Positions 47,203-57,834 are shown, numbered from the stretch's first letter. The stretch: DNA of 64,000 bases from Oligoflexales bacterium (GCA_041736175.1 JBGSUI010000218.1:1-64000); one strand, 5' to 3'. Notes: generated from the letters alone by a model not told the origin. A program made the numbers and translations.

Positions 47203-48909
47203 TTAAATAAAACGCAGCTTTATTAAAACGACTGGCTTTTTTTGCAGGGCCTCCCCCCATATTCTACGGACCTGGACCCGGATCGCCTCAAGCAGAATGG
47301 CCTGTTTTGCTGCCACAAAATCAAAATCGGCGATAAGTTTATCCACTCCCCGCAAACATCGATTGCAAATGTCCTTAAGAAGGTCCTCAGGAGGTGCAAG
47401 ACCAACTATATCGATTTCAGGTTCAACCAACCACCCCATTTTAGAGGCTTCAAAAACTCCCGTTACCACCACCAATCCCCATTCACCAATCTTGAGTCGG
47501 TCTCTTAAAACTTCCGGTGTAAGAAGTCCTTGCCCCTCTGCTTCCACATATTTGATGGGAGTCAAGGCTGAACCTTTTAGGGCAACTCCTTGGCCCTTAA
47601 GATTGATGATATCTCCGGAACAGATAAGGTCAGAAGTCCCAACTCCAGTCTTGACCGCCAAATTTTCGGCAATTTTTGAGTTTTTCCTGAGCTGACTATA
47701 GCCCCCATGTTTTGGAATATAGGCTTTTGGGTTAAGGCATCGGATGAGTTTTTTAATGTCCTCCTCATGGGCATGACCGCTGACGTGAAGCTGTGGGTCT
47801 TGGCGGGGAGTAATGACTTCGACGCCAATTTTTCGAATTTCATTGGCGATAAAAATCGTCTGCCGCTCATTCCCAGGAATGGTCCTAGCAGAAAAAATCA
47901 CCCTATCCCCTGGTTCTAGTTTGACAGACCTAAACTCTCCTAACGCCAAACGATAAATCGCCGACCGATGCTCTCCCTGGCTTCCTGAGGCTATGATTAG
48001 AAGCTCTTCTTTGTTGAGGTTTCTCAAACCCTCATCATCCACTCTAAGTCCCTCAGGAACCTGGAAAAGGCCACATTTTTCTGCCAAGTTTAGGGTTAAT
48101 TCCATACCTCCACCCGCGACATAGAATCTTCGACCAACGCTTGCGCATGCATCTATCATAGCTTTGAGCCGCCAAAGATTGCTGGAAAAGGTCGAACAAA
48201 CCACAAGTCCCGGGACCCCAGTCATCCATCTTTTAAGAGGTTCGATCGTTGACTTTTCACCCAAGCAAACCCCTGGTACCTCCGCGTTAGTACTATCCCC
48301 CAAGAAGAGGTCGATTCCCTTAAGACCTATTTCCTGAAACCGCTTCCAGTTTGTGGGAGCCTCTAAAATCGGGTCATCATCAAGTTTATAATCACCCGAA
48401 TGGTAGACGGCCCCTTCCTTGGTCGTCACCAAAAGAGCACAAGCCATCGGTATAGAATGAGTCACATGGATAAATTCAACCGCGAAATCCTCGATACTTA
48501 TAACATCGCCTGGTTCAACTACAATAAATCGAAACCTTGAAGCATCGATCTTTAAACGGTTAAGCTTCGAATAAATAAGCTCTAAAGTCCAGCGGGTGCC
48601 ATACACGGGGGCTGGAGCTTGTTGGAGCAAAAAAGGCATCGCCCCAATATGATCTTCGTGGCCATGGGTCAAAATATAACAATAGGGAGACCCACACTCC
48701 GCAAAAAACTGTGTAAGATCGGGAATCACCGCCGAAGTCCCCAGCTTGCGTGGATCACTAAATCTCACCCCTGCATCGACTATGATTGACCGACCGCTAT
48801 ACTGATAAATGGTGAGATTCATTCCGAATTCACCGACGCCACCTAAGGGAATAATATTGAGTCCATCACCCGCTTTTGGCAAGCAACTACCCCACGAAAA
48901 CCCATCCAT
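47203..48909 (-). CDS. rnj: Ribonuclease J
   Basis: PLGGVGEFGMN, THGHEDHIGA, DSTN and HVSGH motifs. Confidence 0.95.
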   Translation of the reverse strand: MDGFSWGSCLPKAGDGLNIIPLGGVGEFGMNLTIYQYSGRSIIVDAGVRFSDPRKLGTSAVIPDLTQFFAECGSPYCYILTHGHEDHIGAMPFLLQQAPAPVYGTRWTLELIYSKLNRLKIDASRFRFIVVEPGDVISIEDFAVEFIHVTHSIPMACALLVTTKEGAVYHSGDYKLDDDPILEAPTNWKRFQEIGLKGIDLFLGDSTNAEVPGVCLGEKSTIEPLKRWMTGVPGLVVCSTFSSNLWRLKAMIDACASVGRRFYVAGGGMELTLNLAEKCGLFQVPEGLRVDDEGLRNLNKEELLIIASGSQGEHRSAIYRLALGEFRSVKLEPGDRVIFSARTIPGNERQTIFIANEIRKIGVEVITPRQDPQLHVSGHAHEEDIKKLIRCLNPKAYIPKHGGYSQLRKNSKIAENLAVKTGVGTSDLICSGDIINLKGQGVALKGSALTPIKYVEAEGQGLLTPEVLRDRLKIGEWGLVVVTGVFEASKMGWLVEPEIDIVGLAPPEDLLKDICNRCLRGVDKLIADFDFVAAKQAILLEAIRVQVRRIWGEALQKKPVVLIKLRFI

Positions 48910-48953
48910 TTTAACCCCTTAAGACCTATATTTATCAAGCATACAGCTTGGGT

Positions 48954-50603
48954 TTAACCTTTTGTAGACACAAACTCAAAAGGAAAGCTTATTTCAATAG
49001 CACCATTTTTAGGTGGAGGAAATCGCCACTGGGAAATTTTCTCACGAATACATTTGATCATCTTGTCATCATTTATATTGTTAGCCACCAACTCAATATC
49101 ATAAATACGACCCTGGCTGTCGACCTTCCACCTCCACTCCATAAGTCCTTCTGATGATTCATCCCTTCTCAGGGCAATTTCATAACAGATTTGCAATTGG
49201 TATTTGTTTAAACTGATAAATTTTTCTACTTTTTCAGGTTCAATAAAACCTGATAGACCTTCCTGTTTAACTGGCTTTTTTTCTGAAACCGTAAATCCTT
49301 TTCCTTGAATACCATCAAGGTAACGATCATCAAGCTCATTTAGATGGACATTGAAGCTTAGAAATTTAGACCCTGGAACAATCCCTATTGGCTCCATTTT
49401 GGCTTCTTCTGACCCTCTTTGGCCGTGGCTTTGGCTCCTATTTGCCAACTCTGCCCGTAGAGCCCACTTTTCCACAATGTCATACATTTGCTCTTCTGTA
49501 GTGGTTTTGATCCAGGGCTTAATGTCCTTAAGGGCTTCAGCTCTCAAATCATTCTCGCTAACATTTTGATAAGCCTCGAAAGTATGCTTAGGATCATGCT
49601 GAAACTTGGGGACGATGTCACGCCTGAGCTTAAGAGATTTCTGTGCTCCTTCTAAGACCAGGTTCATTTTGTCGAGAGCACGATTCATCGTGCCATCTAA
49701 ACTCTCCACAGCCACCGCGGGGATCATGACCTGTTTAGAGTTGACTTTACCCTTTTGATAACTATCAATACTCTTCTGGATCTCCATACTATTGGCAAAA
49801 TCCTCATGGGCCTTATCAAACATATCTCTGTATATATTACGGGATTCGCTATCAATATAATTTTGATGACTTCTGCTGGTTTTACCAAGCAGAGTATCAA
49901 CAAACTGGCTGTTGTAGGCCACAATATTATTGATCAAATTGCCAACCTCTAGGTTGTCTTTTAGGAGTTCTGGAGCCATTTGGATCAATCGTGGACTCAC
50001 AAACGGCAAAATATATTCTACATCTATATCTTTAATGGAGTTTGGACGAGTGTATTTGTTGAGATAGAGCCCCCCCCCTAAACTACCGACTAATACAAAT
50101 GAGATACATGCGGCAGCCAAGAGAGCTAGCTTTTCCTGCCGGGAGGATACCAAAAACTTTGAAAATCCCTCCATAGATCCTGGGGGCTGAGGATCACTCT
50201 CCCTTTGGTATTGGCTTTTTGGTGTGACTTTTATGAGCACGCGCAAATCCCGATAGCCGAGGGAAAAATAGTCGTCGCGCTCTAATTCGATATTTTGATC
50301 GCGAGAGACTTCAGCAGAACACTTTATTACTTCGCCCCGCGATGTTCCAACTCCCTCCCACCCGGCTGATGTTCGGAGATAGACTCGACCCCTTTTTATC
50401 TCGATAAGATTTTCTTTTTGATCATAAAAGTGGTAGTTAGGCAACCTTATATTGGATTTGGTGTCTTGCCGGGCGCTCAAGACCACCTGGACATTGGCAG
50501 AAACCTTATACCGTCTTTCACTTAAAATGACGCCATTTTGCATGACTACAAGTGAGACCAAAAGATTCTTTTGCGTTCGTTTTGGTTTCTTATTTTTGGG
50601 CAA
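48954..50603 (-). CDS. GltG/AgmX(PglI)-like bitopic protein with TonB-C-like domain
   Basis: One TM helix; C-terminal CYE.AL....G.......G.V...C......W.FP.P....I..PF.F. Confidence 0.8.
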   Translation of the reverse strand: MPKNKKPKRTQKNLLVSLVVMQNGVILSERRYKVSANVQVVLSARQDTKSNIRLPNYHFYDQKENLIEIKRGRVYLRTSAGWEGVGTSRGEVIKCSAEVSRDQNIELERDDYFSLGYRDLRVLIKVTPKSQYQRESDPQPPGSMEGFSKFLVSSRQEKLALLAAACISFVLVGSLGGGLYLNKYTRPNSIKDIDVEYILPFVSPRLIQMAPELLKDNLEVGNLINNIVAYNSQFVDTLLGKTSRSHQNYIDSESRNIYRDMFDKAHEDFANSMEIQKSIDSYQKGKVNSKQVMIPAVAVESLDGTMNRALDKMNLVLEGAQKSLKLRRDIVPKFQHDPKHTFEAYQNVSENDLRAEALKDIKPWIKTTTEEQMYDIVEKWALRAELANRSQSHGQRGSEEAKMEPIGIVPGSKFLSFNVHLNELDDRYLDGIQGKGFTVSEKKPVKQEGLSGFIEPEKVEKFISLNKYQLQICYEIALRRDESSEGLMEWRWKVDSQGRIYDIELVANNINDDKMIKCIREKISQWRFPPPKNGAIEISFPFEFVSTKG

Positions 50604-51131
50604 TCACTTTGCTCCAACATGCGTTAATTTAGTTTCAAAAGCATAATTTCTAATGCCTATTTCAGCAAGGACGAGGATGATCGGTTTAAGATGCGCATAG
50701 GTTAAATGACGATCTGCTGCAATCAAAGCAGTGGTCTTTTCGGTCTTAAATCTGTTACTGAGGGATACTGATTTTATTTCTGTCTCTGCCATTTCTTTAA
50801 GATCAAGCATAAAGGTTCGCAGAGGTTCTAGATCTTGATTCGCTTGTTTCCATTTAAAGACTTTTCTTTGGGCTGTGGTCACTACAATTTCGTCCCCTAT
50901 CGGAGTCACCGAAAACCACAAGGGTACATCGGGGAAACTATTTGTTTGATATTCAATCGGATTGGATGGATTGCCTGCTCTGGGATTTGAGCCGTTAATG
51001 ATGTGGGTTGTGAGAATAAAGACAAATTGGAACGAAATAAAAAATAGAAATGGAAAAAAAATTATGTTTTCATCTGTTCTAAGCTTTAGTCTCCTAAAAG
51101 ACCCATTGATAATATCAAATTTTTTAGTCAT
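50604..51131 (-). CDS. ExbD/TolR(AglQ/S)-like protein lacking the TM Asp
   Basis: One TM helix; C-terminal IAAD....Y..L..I...LA..G. Confidence 0.75.
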   Translation of the reverse strand: MTKKFDIINGSFRRLKLRTDENIIFFPFLFFISFQFVFILTTHIINGSNPRAGNPSNPIEYQTNSFPDVPLWFSVTPIGDEIVVTTAQRKVFKWKQANQDLEPLRTFMLDLKEMAETEIKSVSLSNRFKTEKTTALIAADRHLTYAHLKPIILVLAEIGIRNYAFETKLTHVGAK

Positions 51132-51682
51132 TTTAATCCACTACCCATAACTACCCGACCAATCAAAGGTGACTTTTTAAGCTCAAAAACAACCTGCGTC
51201 ACAATTGACACAGGTATATCGCCCGAAGGTACAAAAACAAGGATTTTATCAATAGGAATATTTTCTACTTTTGAGCGGTTGTTTATCCACCGTTCCATAG
51301 AATCTATAAGTTGACCTAGAAGCGGCGCCCCATCTTGATGGGGAATTACAAATTTATTATCTTTATCTGCATAATCTTCTGAAAAAGCTCCCATACTGCC
51401 AAAGTAAAAAGCCTTAGAGGTCAACACCACCATAGGCGTTGTTTTTGCCAAATAATTCCTTGGCTCTTCGCGAAAGCGGTGCATCCCAACATCCAGAATC
51501 CCATGACTTAAAACCGGTATCTCAAGCGACACGGCACCATAACTACCGGGCATCAAAACGGTCCTAAGTGCAAACGTCAACACCACGACAAGCGAGAAGT
51601 AGCCGCATAGGACAATCGACCACTCCCAATTGACTTCAAATGATCTCTTCTTCGTCCTTGATATCCTCGACTGATACATCAT
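51128..51682 (-). CDS. ExbD/TolR(AglS/Q)-like protein lacking the TM Asp
   Basis: Basic N-terminus, one TM helix, C-terminal VP..DIP...V.QV. The start overlaps the upstream gene. Confidence 0.65.
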   Translation of the reverse strand: MMYQSRISRTKKRSFEVNWEWSIVLCGYFSLVVVLTFALRTVLMPGSYGAVSLEIPVLSHGILDVGMHRFREEPRNYLAKTTPMVVLTSKAFYFGSMGAFSEDYADKDNKFVIPHQDGAPLLGQLIDSMERWINNRSKVENIPIDKILVFVPSGDIPVSIVTQVVFELKKSPLIGRVVMGSGLK

Positions 51683-52436
51683 CAAAAGTCTCGTCTGTTG
51701 TATGAGCTGCGTCTTTAGAAGTTGCCGATGAATCCCCACCAGGTATCACGTCACTTTCCCTTGTGGAATCGCCAGAAGACATGGCTCCCATTACGGGCAT
51801 CATGGCCATCGCCTCCGGTGGAGCTAACAGATTAATAAGGACAGTGACACCATAATGAATTTTCTCTCCTAGCATATTAGCCACTCCTTTCAATAGGTAG
51901 TGACCTGACAAAAACAGCATTCCGAACAACAGTCCGACCGCCGTCGGATTAAGCGACGATGCGATCCCCTGAGCCAAGGTTGCCTGCTTTTTAGCGGTAT
52001 CTAGCACATCAACGCTATGAAAAGCGGCCCAAAGGGCGTCGATAGTACCCAAAAGCCCAAGCAGCATGATAATGAGAGTACATCCTGGTAACAAGGAGAG
52101 CCTTTTATCGATATATGGCAAAAAATCGATCGTCTCCTCTTCGATAACACCCCTAACTTTGCTTGGGTCCGTCTCAAGTACCTCCAAAGCCTTAAGTGAG
52201 ATTTTAGGCAGTGAGGTTTTAGATACACTTCGGCAAAAGGCCATAGCTCTTTCGAGATCCTCTGCTGCAACCATTTTTTTGAGATTGGAAAGAAACTTTG
52301 AAAAATCAATATGAAATACGAGCTGGTACATAATAAGCCGCTCAAAAAAAACCATTGTCCCGAAAAACCCTATAATCAATATCATAATTACATAAAAGTT
52401 TGAATTTTTTAAACTTAAAGCGATTTCACCCCACAT
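51636..52436 (-). CDS. MotA/TolQ/ExbB proton-channel protein, AglR-like
   Basis: LGLLGT and K...LA.GI...LN.TA.GL motifs; acidic tail. Confidence 0.88.
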   Translation of the reverse strand: MWGEIALSLKNSNFYVIMILIIGFFGTMVFFERLIMYQLVFHIDFSKFLSNLKKMVAAEDLERAMAFCRSVSKTSLPKISLKALEVLETDPSKVRGVIEEETIDFLPYIDKRLSLLPGCTLIIMLLGLLGTIDALWAAFHSVDVLDTAKKQATLAQGIASSLNPTAVGLLFGMLFLSGHYLLKGVANMLGEKIHYGVTVLINLLAPPEAMAMMPVMGAMSSGDSTRESDVIPGGDSSATSKDAAHTTDETFDDVSVEDIKDEEEII

Positions 52437-52513
52437 AATTAAACCTCCGATAATTTATTTTAAACATTGTGGGGCGATTTTGCAATTAATAGGCCAACCT
52501 ATTGGAGATCTTC

Positions 52514-52541
52514 TAAAGCCATCCATTTGTTTAGCCGATCA
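52514..52541 (+). promoter_or_regulatory. sigma28-like promoter (likely leaderless transcript)
   Basis: TAAAG-N15-GCCGATCA, 7 nt before the ATG at 52549. Confidence 0.55.
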
Positions 52542-52548
52542 GAATATC

Positions 52549-54405
52549 ATGGGACTTAAATCGATTCTAAGATTTTTATGGATTGTCTTATTACTAGACC
52601 AGGCAATGGAATCAGCATTTGCCGAAAACGTGCTGACGATTGATCGGCATTTTACTGGTACCTCTCTTGGTCGGGCATTAAACTACCTAAAATCAACTGA
52701 TAGCCAGGGCCACCCGCAAAACCGAGAATACCTCCGTAATAATCGCCACATTTTTCATGCCGTTGGCGAACACCACTTTCATCAACTGACTATAGAAAAC
52801 ACGGAATCTTATCCCCTAGATCTAGTGATCTTTTCTGAAATTCCCTTAGGGATTTTAAAATTACAAAATCTTGATTCTACAACTCCTCCGCACCTTGGAG
52901 GCAAGCTATATGGAGATAATCAAATACCGCAGTCAATCCTTACAGCAACTTCGTTGTTTGCCCCACCCGGACAGAGCACTTATGAGATTGAGACTTCGAG
53001 ACTGCAAAACATCGGGGCTACTCAGCTATTTCTTTGGACAGAGAAAAATTTTAAGATTTATGAAAAAGAAAGCATTATCTACATCTCGTTGATTTTCGGC
53101 GCAGTCATCAGTCTTTTTCTCTACAATATCTTTCTGCTCACCGTCAACCCCAGCTCACTGATGATCTACTTTTCCATTTGCTGCTTTGCAGTGGGAATGT
53201 TCGAATCTATTATCTCTGGTGCAAATTCAGTTTTTTCCTTTTATATTTACGACTATTCGACACGCCTATGGCCCCTATATTGTACGATTGGTGTGACTGG
53301 GTTTGCCCTTTTTCTAAGCGAAGTGACAACAGACCAAACAGCAAAACGTCTGAAATTTTGGGTTCGATTAAGTACTGGTATTGCCAACTTCATTTCACTA
53401 AACATTATTCTTTTCCAAAACCATATTAATCATTACGCAAGCATAGCGATTGTCTTTGCAATCGTTGTCGTTATAGGTATTTTGCCACAGGTCCTAGGCC
53501 GCTTTAAACTCAAGGACCACCTAGTTTTCTACTCTTCTATTCCATTGATCGGCTCCACTGGATTTTATATTTTAGAAATGACCTCACTTATCTCCTCTGA
53601 TTATAATCTACTACGAATCCAGCTCATCACAGCGGTCCTATTTTTGCTTTCCCTATCGATCAATGCTGGTAACAAAACCCATGAGGATCGATTTCCGAAA
53701 ATAAAGTTGCAAGAAATGATAACCTTAGGCCGAAATGTACAGGACTTACTTCTCCCTAAAAAACTTGAAGAGACCTTTAAGGATCTATCCTATAGTTTTG
53801 CCTATGAGCCCTTTGAAGGCAAAATGTCCGGTGATTGGATAAAGCACTGGAAAACCTCTGATGGCAGTCATCACTTTTTGCTGGGTGATGTCACGGGAAA
53901 AGGGCCGCAAGCCGCTTTGGCAGTGTCCATCATCAGCACTGTCGTCGACCGCTGTATTCGACTGGACAACAATGCGAAGACTGCTTTGATTCAGATTAAC
54001 AAGACACTTTATAGTTTGCTCAATGGAAGTATGGGCTCAACCGCTTCTGGTGCGACCGTCAGATCTGATCTAGGGTTAGTCCTTTATAATACCGGTGGTA
54101 TCGGTTGGATTCTCCAAAAATTAGACCAATCCAAACACGTCTTAGGTCGTAGCTCGATATTAGGCCAGAAGCCCTATGTGGATATTTCTGAATTTATTTA
54201 CAAACCCCATGAGTGGCCCGTGATTTGCACCTTTACCGATGGGCTCTGTAATGGGCCGAGAGCCATAAAGCAACTCTCGAGCCATCTTCTCAAATACCAA
54301 TCCATGGGAGTCAATTCCCACGAAATCCGAAAATCTGCCCTAAACATCTCTAAAATCTTCGGTGACCCCCATGACGACAAGGCCTTTTTGGTCATTAAAT
54401 TCTAG
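52549..54405 (+). CDS. 7TMR-DISM-like sensor fused to a SpoIIE/RsbU PP2C phosphatase
   Basis: Signal peptide, extracellular domain, 7 TM (LYNIFL), and SGDW, GDVTGKG, FTDG, DD motifs. Confidence 0.85.
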   Translation: MGLKSILRFLWIVLLLDQAMESAFAENVLTIDRHFTGTSLGRALNYLKSTDSQGHPQNREYLRNNRHIFHAVGEHHFHQLTIENTESYPLDLVIFSEIPLGILKLQNLDSTTPPHLGGKLYGDNQIPQSILTATSLFAPPGQSTYEIETSRLQNIGATQLFLWTEKNFKIYEKESIIYISLIFGAVISLFLYNIFLLTVNPSSLMIYFSICCFAVGMFESIISGANSVFSFYIYDYSTRLWPLYCTIGVTGFALFLSEVTTDQTAKRLKFWVRLSTGIANFISLNIILFQNHINHYASIAIVFAIVVVIGILPQVLGRFKLKDHLVFYSSIPLIGSTGFYILEMTSLISSDYNLLRIQLITAVLFLLSLSINAGNKTHEDRFPKIKLQEMITLGRNVQDLLLPKKLEETFKDLSYSFAYEPFEGKMSGDWIKHWKTSDGSHHFLLGDVTGKGPQAALAVSIISTVVDRCIRLDNNAKTALIQINKTLYSLLNGSMGSTASGATVRSDLGLVLYNTGGIGWILQKLDQSKHVLGRSSILGQKPYVDISEFIYKPHEWPVICTFTDGLCNGPRAIKQLSSHLLKYQSMGVNSHEIRKSALNISKIFGDPHDDKAFLVIKF

Positions 54406-56300
54406 GGTAGCTGACCCCATACTTGTACACCCTCCGAAAAAACCGGTATTTTTTCGGATTTTCTAAATTCAAAACCTACGAGCTCCTGAAAGGACCAGTC
54501 ATTTTCTGTCTTCCATTTTCCTAGTTCATTAGGCAACGATAAACGAAATTGAATCTCTTTCTGTGAGTCGCCTTCACCTATAGGCTTGACCGCTGCTTTA
54601 CTGAAATCAGCCTCGACATAGTAGATGGAGCGGCTTTTGTCGTATGCCTTTACTTCAGAGATTTGCACACCTTGATTGTAGTTTGTAGTGACTTTTATAT
54701 TTCCAAAAATATTCTGGTTTTCTGGAATTTCGCTTAGACTAAAAAAGTACTTGGCAAGCAACTTAGGCGAACTTCTTGCTGGCCATGCCGTATGGTTGTG
54801 CATTTTCAATGCGATTTCGATAAAGTTATCTCCTTCAACGTTGATTCTCGCCGTAGAAAAAAACTCTTCGTCTTTTATTTCTGGAGCTGGAAACCCTACT
54901 TCGGCAAGACCACCATAGACATCAACCAAAGCTGCGAGTGCACCTTGAAAACCTCCGTTGTAATCCAGGGCGACTTCGTTTTTAACATAATCACTCCGAT
55001 CGTCCTGATAGCGGTCCTCTAAATCAGGACCACCCACTAAGGCTCCATATAAGACATGTCTATTTTTAACTGGGATTCCTATATTATTGCTCCATGCTCC
55101 ATGGGCCCCACGGTGGTGTGGATTTTGCGGATACCGATCTCCGATGCCTATAACATAAGAGGTTTTTGCGGGATTGTTCCCTAACATATAGTCGATCTGT
55201 GATTTTCCAAAGCTCCAATACCTAGTGGATTTTTCGGGGTCTTTATCCCTGAGATATTTTGAATAGATCAGAGCTAGCATCGAGGTGTTCGCGCTATAAC
55301 GGAGCGAACCCCACATATCGAGCCAAGCCAAACCACCAGGGGTATAGCGCACCCGTCCTTCGGGGACACCCACTGACCAGTAATCCAGCCATTTTTCTGC
55401 TGCAGCTTGGTATTTGGCGGCGCCGGTTATCTGAGCCAGCAGAATATAAGACCCATAGGTTTTGTCATCCCAGGCATGGGTCCACTTATAGGGATACTCC
55501 CCATTTTGCTTCAGTTGATCAAACCCGCTCTCTGCTTTTGCTAAGTAAGTTGACTTTCCTGTTGCTTGGTAGAGCCATAGGGCCCCCCAAACCAGTTCAT
55601 CTTGATATCCTGTCGACCTGTAGTAGGCCCCAGCATCTCTGATACAGTCAGAATACAAACCTCTAAATTGGTCAGCAAACTCATAGAGCTCTTCACTGTG
55701 TCGTATCAATTTTTGTGAATACTCGTGATCGATATCTCTATAAACCATACCTGCTGCTGCCATAGAGGCTGCCGTTTCCCCGGCCAAATCAGAGCCGGGA
55801 CAAGATGGCTCGATCTTAAAAGCCCTGCGCACCATAGGCATCACTTCGGCTGGCCCCCAATACCCATGATCGGGTCCCCCTTCTCCTACCTGTCCCCACA
55901 AAACATGGGGAGTCGGATGAGCTTTAATAAAGTAGTCGTTGATCCATTTTAAACTTTCTAAGGCATACGTTTCCTGGCCAAGGGCTTTGTAGGCGCCTTT
56001 GTTTTCGATAATACTCCATGCCAGGAGTGTTGCTGTCGATGCCGCGGGAAAGCCGAATTTGACATGATCACCCGCATCATACCAGCCCCCAGTCAAATCG
56101 ATTCCCTCCTCCAAACCATCCCTCACTCCCGAATCGCCTCGCCAGGTAACCCGAAAATCCTGTGGCAAAACACCTGATCGTTGAGAGTCATAAAAAAAGA
56201 GGGATTTCTGCAGACTTTCTGCATAATTTGGCACCTCTGAATATCCTATGCTAGAGCTAAGACCACACCATATTAAACAGCCTATAAGTCTTTTCAGCAT
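54402..56300 (-). CDS. Secreted GH9 endoglucanase with CBM3c (Cel9A-like architecture)
   Basis: DLTGGWYDAGDHVKF, PHHR, DDR..Y..NEVA.DYN; C-terminal YYVEADF...EIQFR...NDWS; GGAGG RBS. Confidence 0.95.
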   Translation of the reverse strand: MLKRLIGCLIWCGLSSSIGYSEVPNYAESLQKSLFFYDSQRSGVLPQDFRVTWRGDSGVRDGLEEGIDLTGGWYDAGDHVKFGFPAASTATLLAWSIIENKGAYKALGQETYALESLKWINDYFIKAHPTPHVLWGQVGEGGPDHGYWGPAEVMPMVRRAFKIEPSCPGSDLAGETAASMAAAGMVYRDIDHEYSQKLIRHSEELYEFADQFRGLYSDCIRDAGAYYRSTGYQDELVWGALWLYQATGKSTYLAKAESGFDQLKQNGEYPYKWTHAWDDKTYGSYILLAQITGAAKYQAAAEKWLDYWSVGVPEGRVRYTPGGLAWLDMWGSLRYSANTSMLALIYSKYLRDKDPEKSTRYWSFGKSQIDYMLGNNPAKTSYVIGIGDRYPQNPHHRGAHGAWSNNIGIPVKNRHVLYGALVGGPDLEDRYQDDRSDYVKNEVALDYNGGFQGALAALVDVYGGLAEVGFPAPEIKDEEFFSTARINVEGDNFIEIALKMHNHTAWPARSSPKLLAKYFFSLSEIPENQNIFGNIKVTTNYNQGVQISEVKAYDKSRSIYYVEADFSKAAVKPIGEGDSQKEIQFRLSLPNELGKWKTENDWSFQELVGFEFRKSEKIPVFSEGVQVWGQLP

Positions 56301-56322
56301 ATTGCCTCCATTTAGAAAATAA

Positions 56323-57396
56323 CTACAATTGAAGCCCAGAATCACAACTCTGTCCAGGAAACAAGCAAGCGGTTCGAGCCGTTTTTGCTACACTGTAAGG
56401 ATCTGTAACAGCGATTTGCTGACCATAGGGAGTAAGAGTCTGCCAGTCGTTGGGATCGTATAGGTTCAAGCTTTCGAGATCGTTGCTGTTGCCACTAAAT
56501 GACCAGGCCATGGTTCCAACCTTGGGGACTCCCATTTCGGCCTGTTCCATCACGGTGCTACAAGGTACTTTTTGTCCGGGATAATGGTCACAGGCGAATT
56601 CTCCAATCAATAAGGGAATCTCCATCTTTCTCGCCATACTAAAGGCGTTTATAACGTGGTTTGGAGTTGAAAAAACATCGTAAATATGAGTGCTAAAAAG
56701 GAGATTGCTATCTTGACTCATTAGAGTTTTGGCTTTTTCAATAATGCTCGAAAACTGTTGGCCCCATCCTCGAGCATCGATGACAAGGGTATGATCAAGC
56801 CCCGCATGGCGAAGGCGGCTTATCTCCTTTAGGTAGGTATCCACATAAATATTGGATGGATCATCCCAAGCTCCATACCATTCATTTGCGATATTTATGA
56901 TAAGCATGTCTTTATAATGATTCAAAACTTCTTTCACGTCCTCCCGCATATACCATTCCGACATCTTGATAAGTTCCCCTGGATCATTAGAACCTGTTGC
57001 ATTTTGCAAATTCATAACAGCCACAAGTTCTAGCTCTCTCATTTTTGCTAAAACACGCTCCAAATCTTGAATTGGACGAAAGTCTTTGGGTTCACAACGG
57101 CCCGCTCGGACAAGGTTATCTGCACACCATACAATTCTTACAGCATTGAATTGGTTGGCTTTCGCCACATTTAGAGCCGTAAACGAGCGGTCGAAATAGT
57201 AAGCAAAGGGCATGTTTAAACCCCTAATCACAAACTCATGATTTGTGATATCGATGAGTTTCCCCTGGAGAACCTTAAAAGTATTTTTTTCGGATCCGGG
57301 TACGCCTTGAGTCTCACTCTCGGTTGTTCCCACAGGAAATCCACAACTAATACTGCAAAATAGACACACAAGAGCGAGCCTCAACCATTTTGTCAT
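56323..57396 (-). CDS. GH5 glycoside hydrolase lipoprotein (GH5_8 beta-mannanase-like)
   Basis: INIANEW acid/base, GWGQ, HIY and IGEF nucleophile; lipobox SISC. Confidence 0.9.
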   Translation of the reverse strand: MTKWLRLALVCLFCSISCGFPVGTTESETQGVPGSEKNTFKVLQGKLIDITNHEFVIRGLNMPFAYYFDRSFTALNVAKANQFNAVRIVWCADNLVRAGRCEPKDFRPIQDLERVLAKMRELELVAVMNLQNATGSNDPGELIKMSEWYMREDVKEVLNHYKDMLIINIANEWYGAWDDPSNIYVDTYLKEISRLRHAGLDHTLVIDARGWGQQFSSIIEKAKTLMSQDSNLLFSTHIYDVFSTPNHVINAFSMARKMEIPLLIGEFACDHYPGQKVPCSTVMEQAEMGVPKVGTMAWSFSGNSNDLESLNLYDPNDWQTLTPYGQQIAVTDPYSVAKTARTACLFPGQSCDSGLQL

Positions 57397-57834
57397 TCCC
57401 ACCCTCCCTAAACAAATTTTTAATCTACTTAAACAGGTAAACACATATAATTTGCCGACTAGGCCGGCTCGCTATTAAAACGCTACTGAACACAGTAGGG
57501 TCATTCAGGAGAAATAGGATATGACGTCATGTTGAATCCTATTCCCAATCAAAAAATTTAGCAAGCATTATCCCTGGATTTTAAATCCTTTGTAATAGTT
57601 ATGTGATATAAAACTATTAAAAATCCAAATATTCAATCACTACCTATAAGTCACTAACTTAAAATCAAATCTGCTGCCAATCTTTTGAGTTATGGTTCGC
57701 TACAATGCTGAAAAATAGCTCATGAAGGCGACTGGTTTACTACTAAGTTATCATTGAAATATTTTCATAAATTAAATTTTTTTGAATTTTTATTTAACTT
57801 TTTTAAACCTCCAACCGAGTCCTCACCTTGTTAT

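Noticed and set aside
56238..56252. 15-bp match (TGAATATCCTATGCT) to the inverted repeat arm at 24462-24476
   Set aside because: A few 15-mer matches are expected by chance in 64 kb, and this copy lies in coding sequence.
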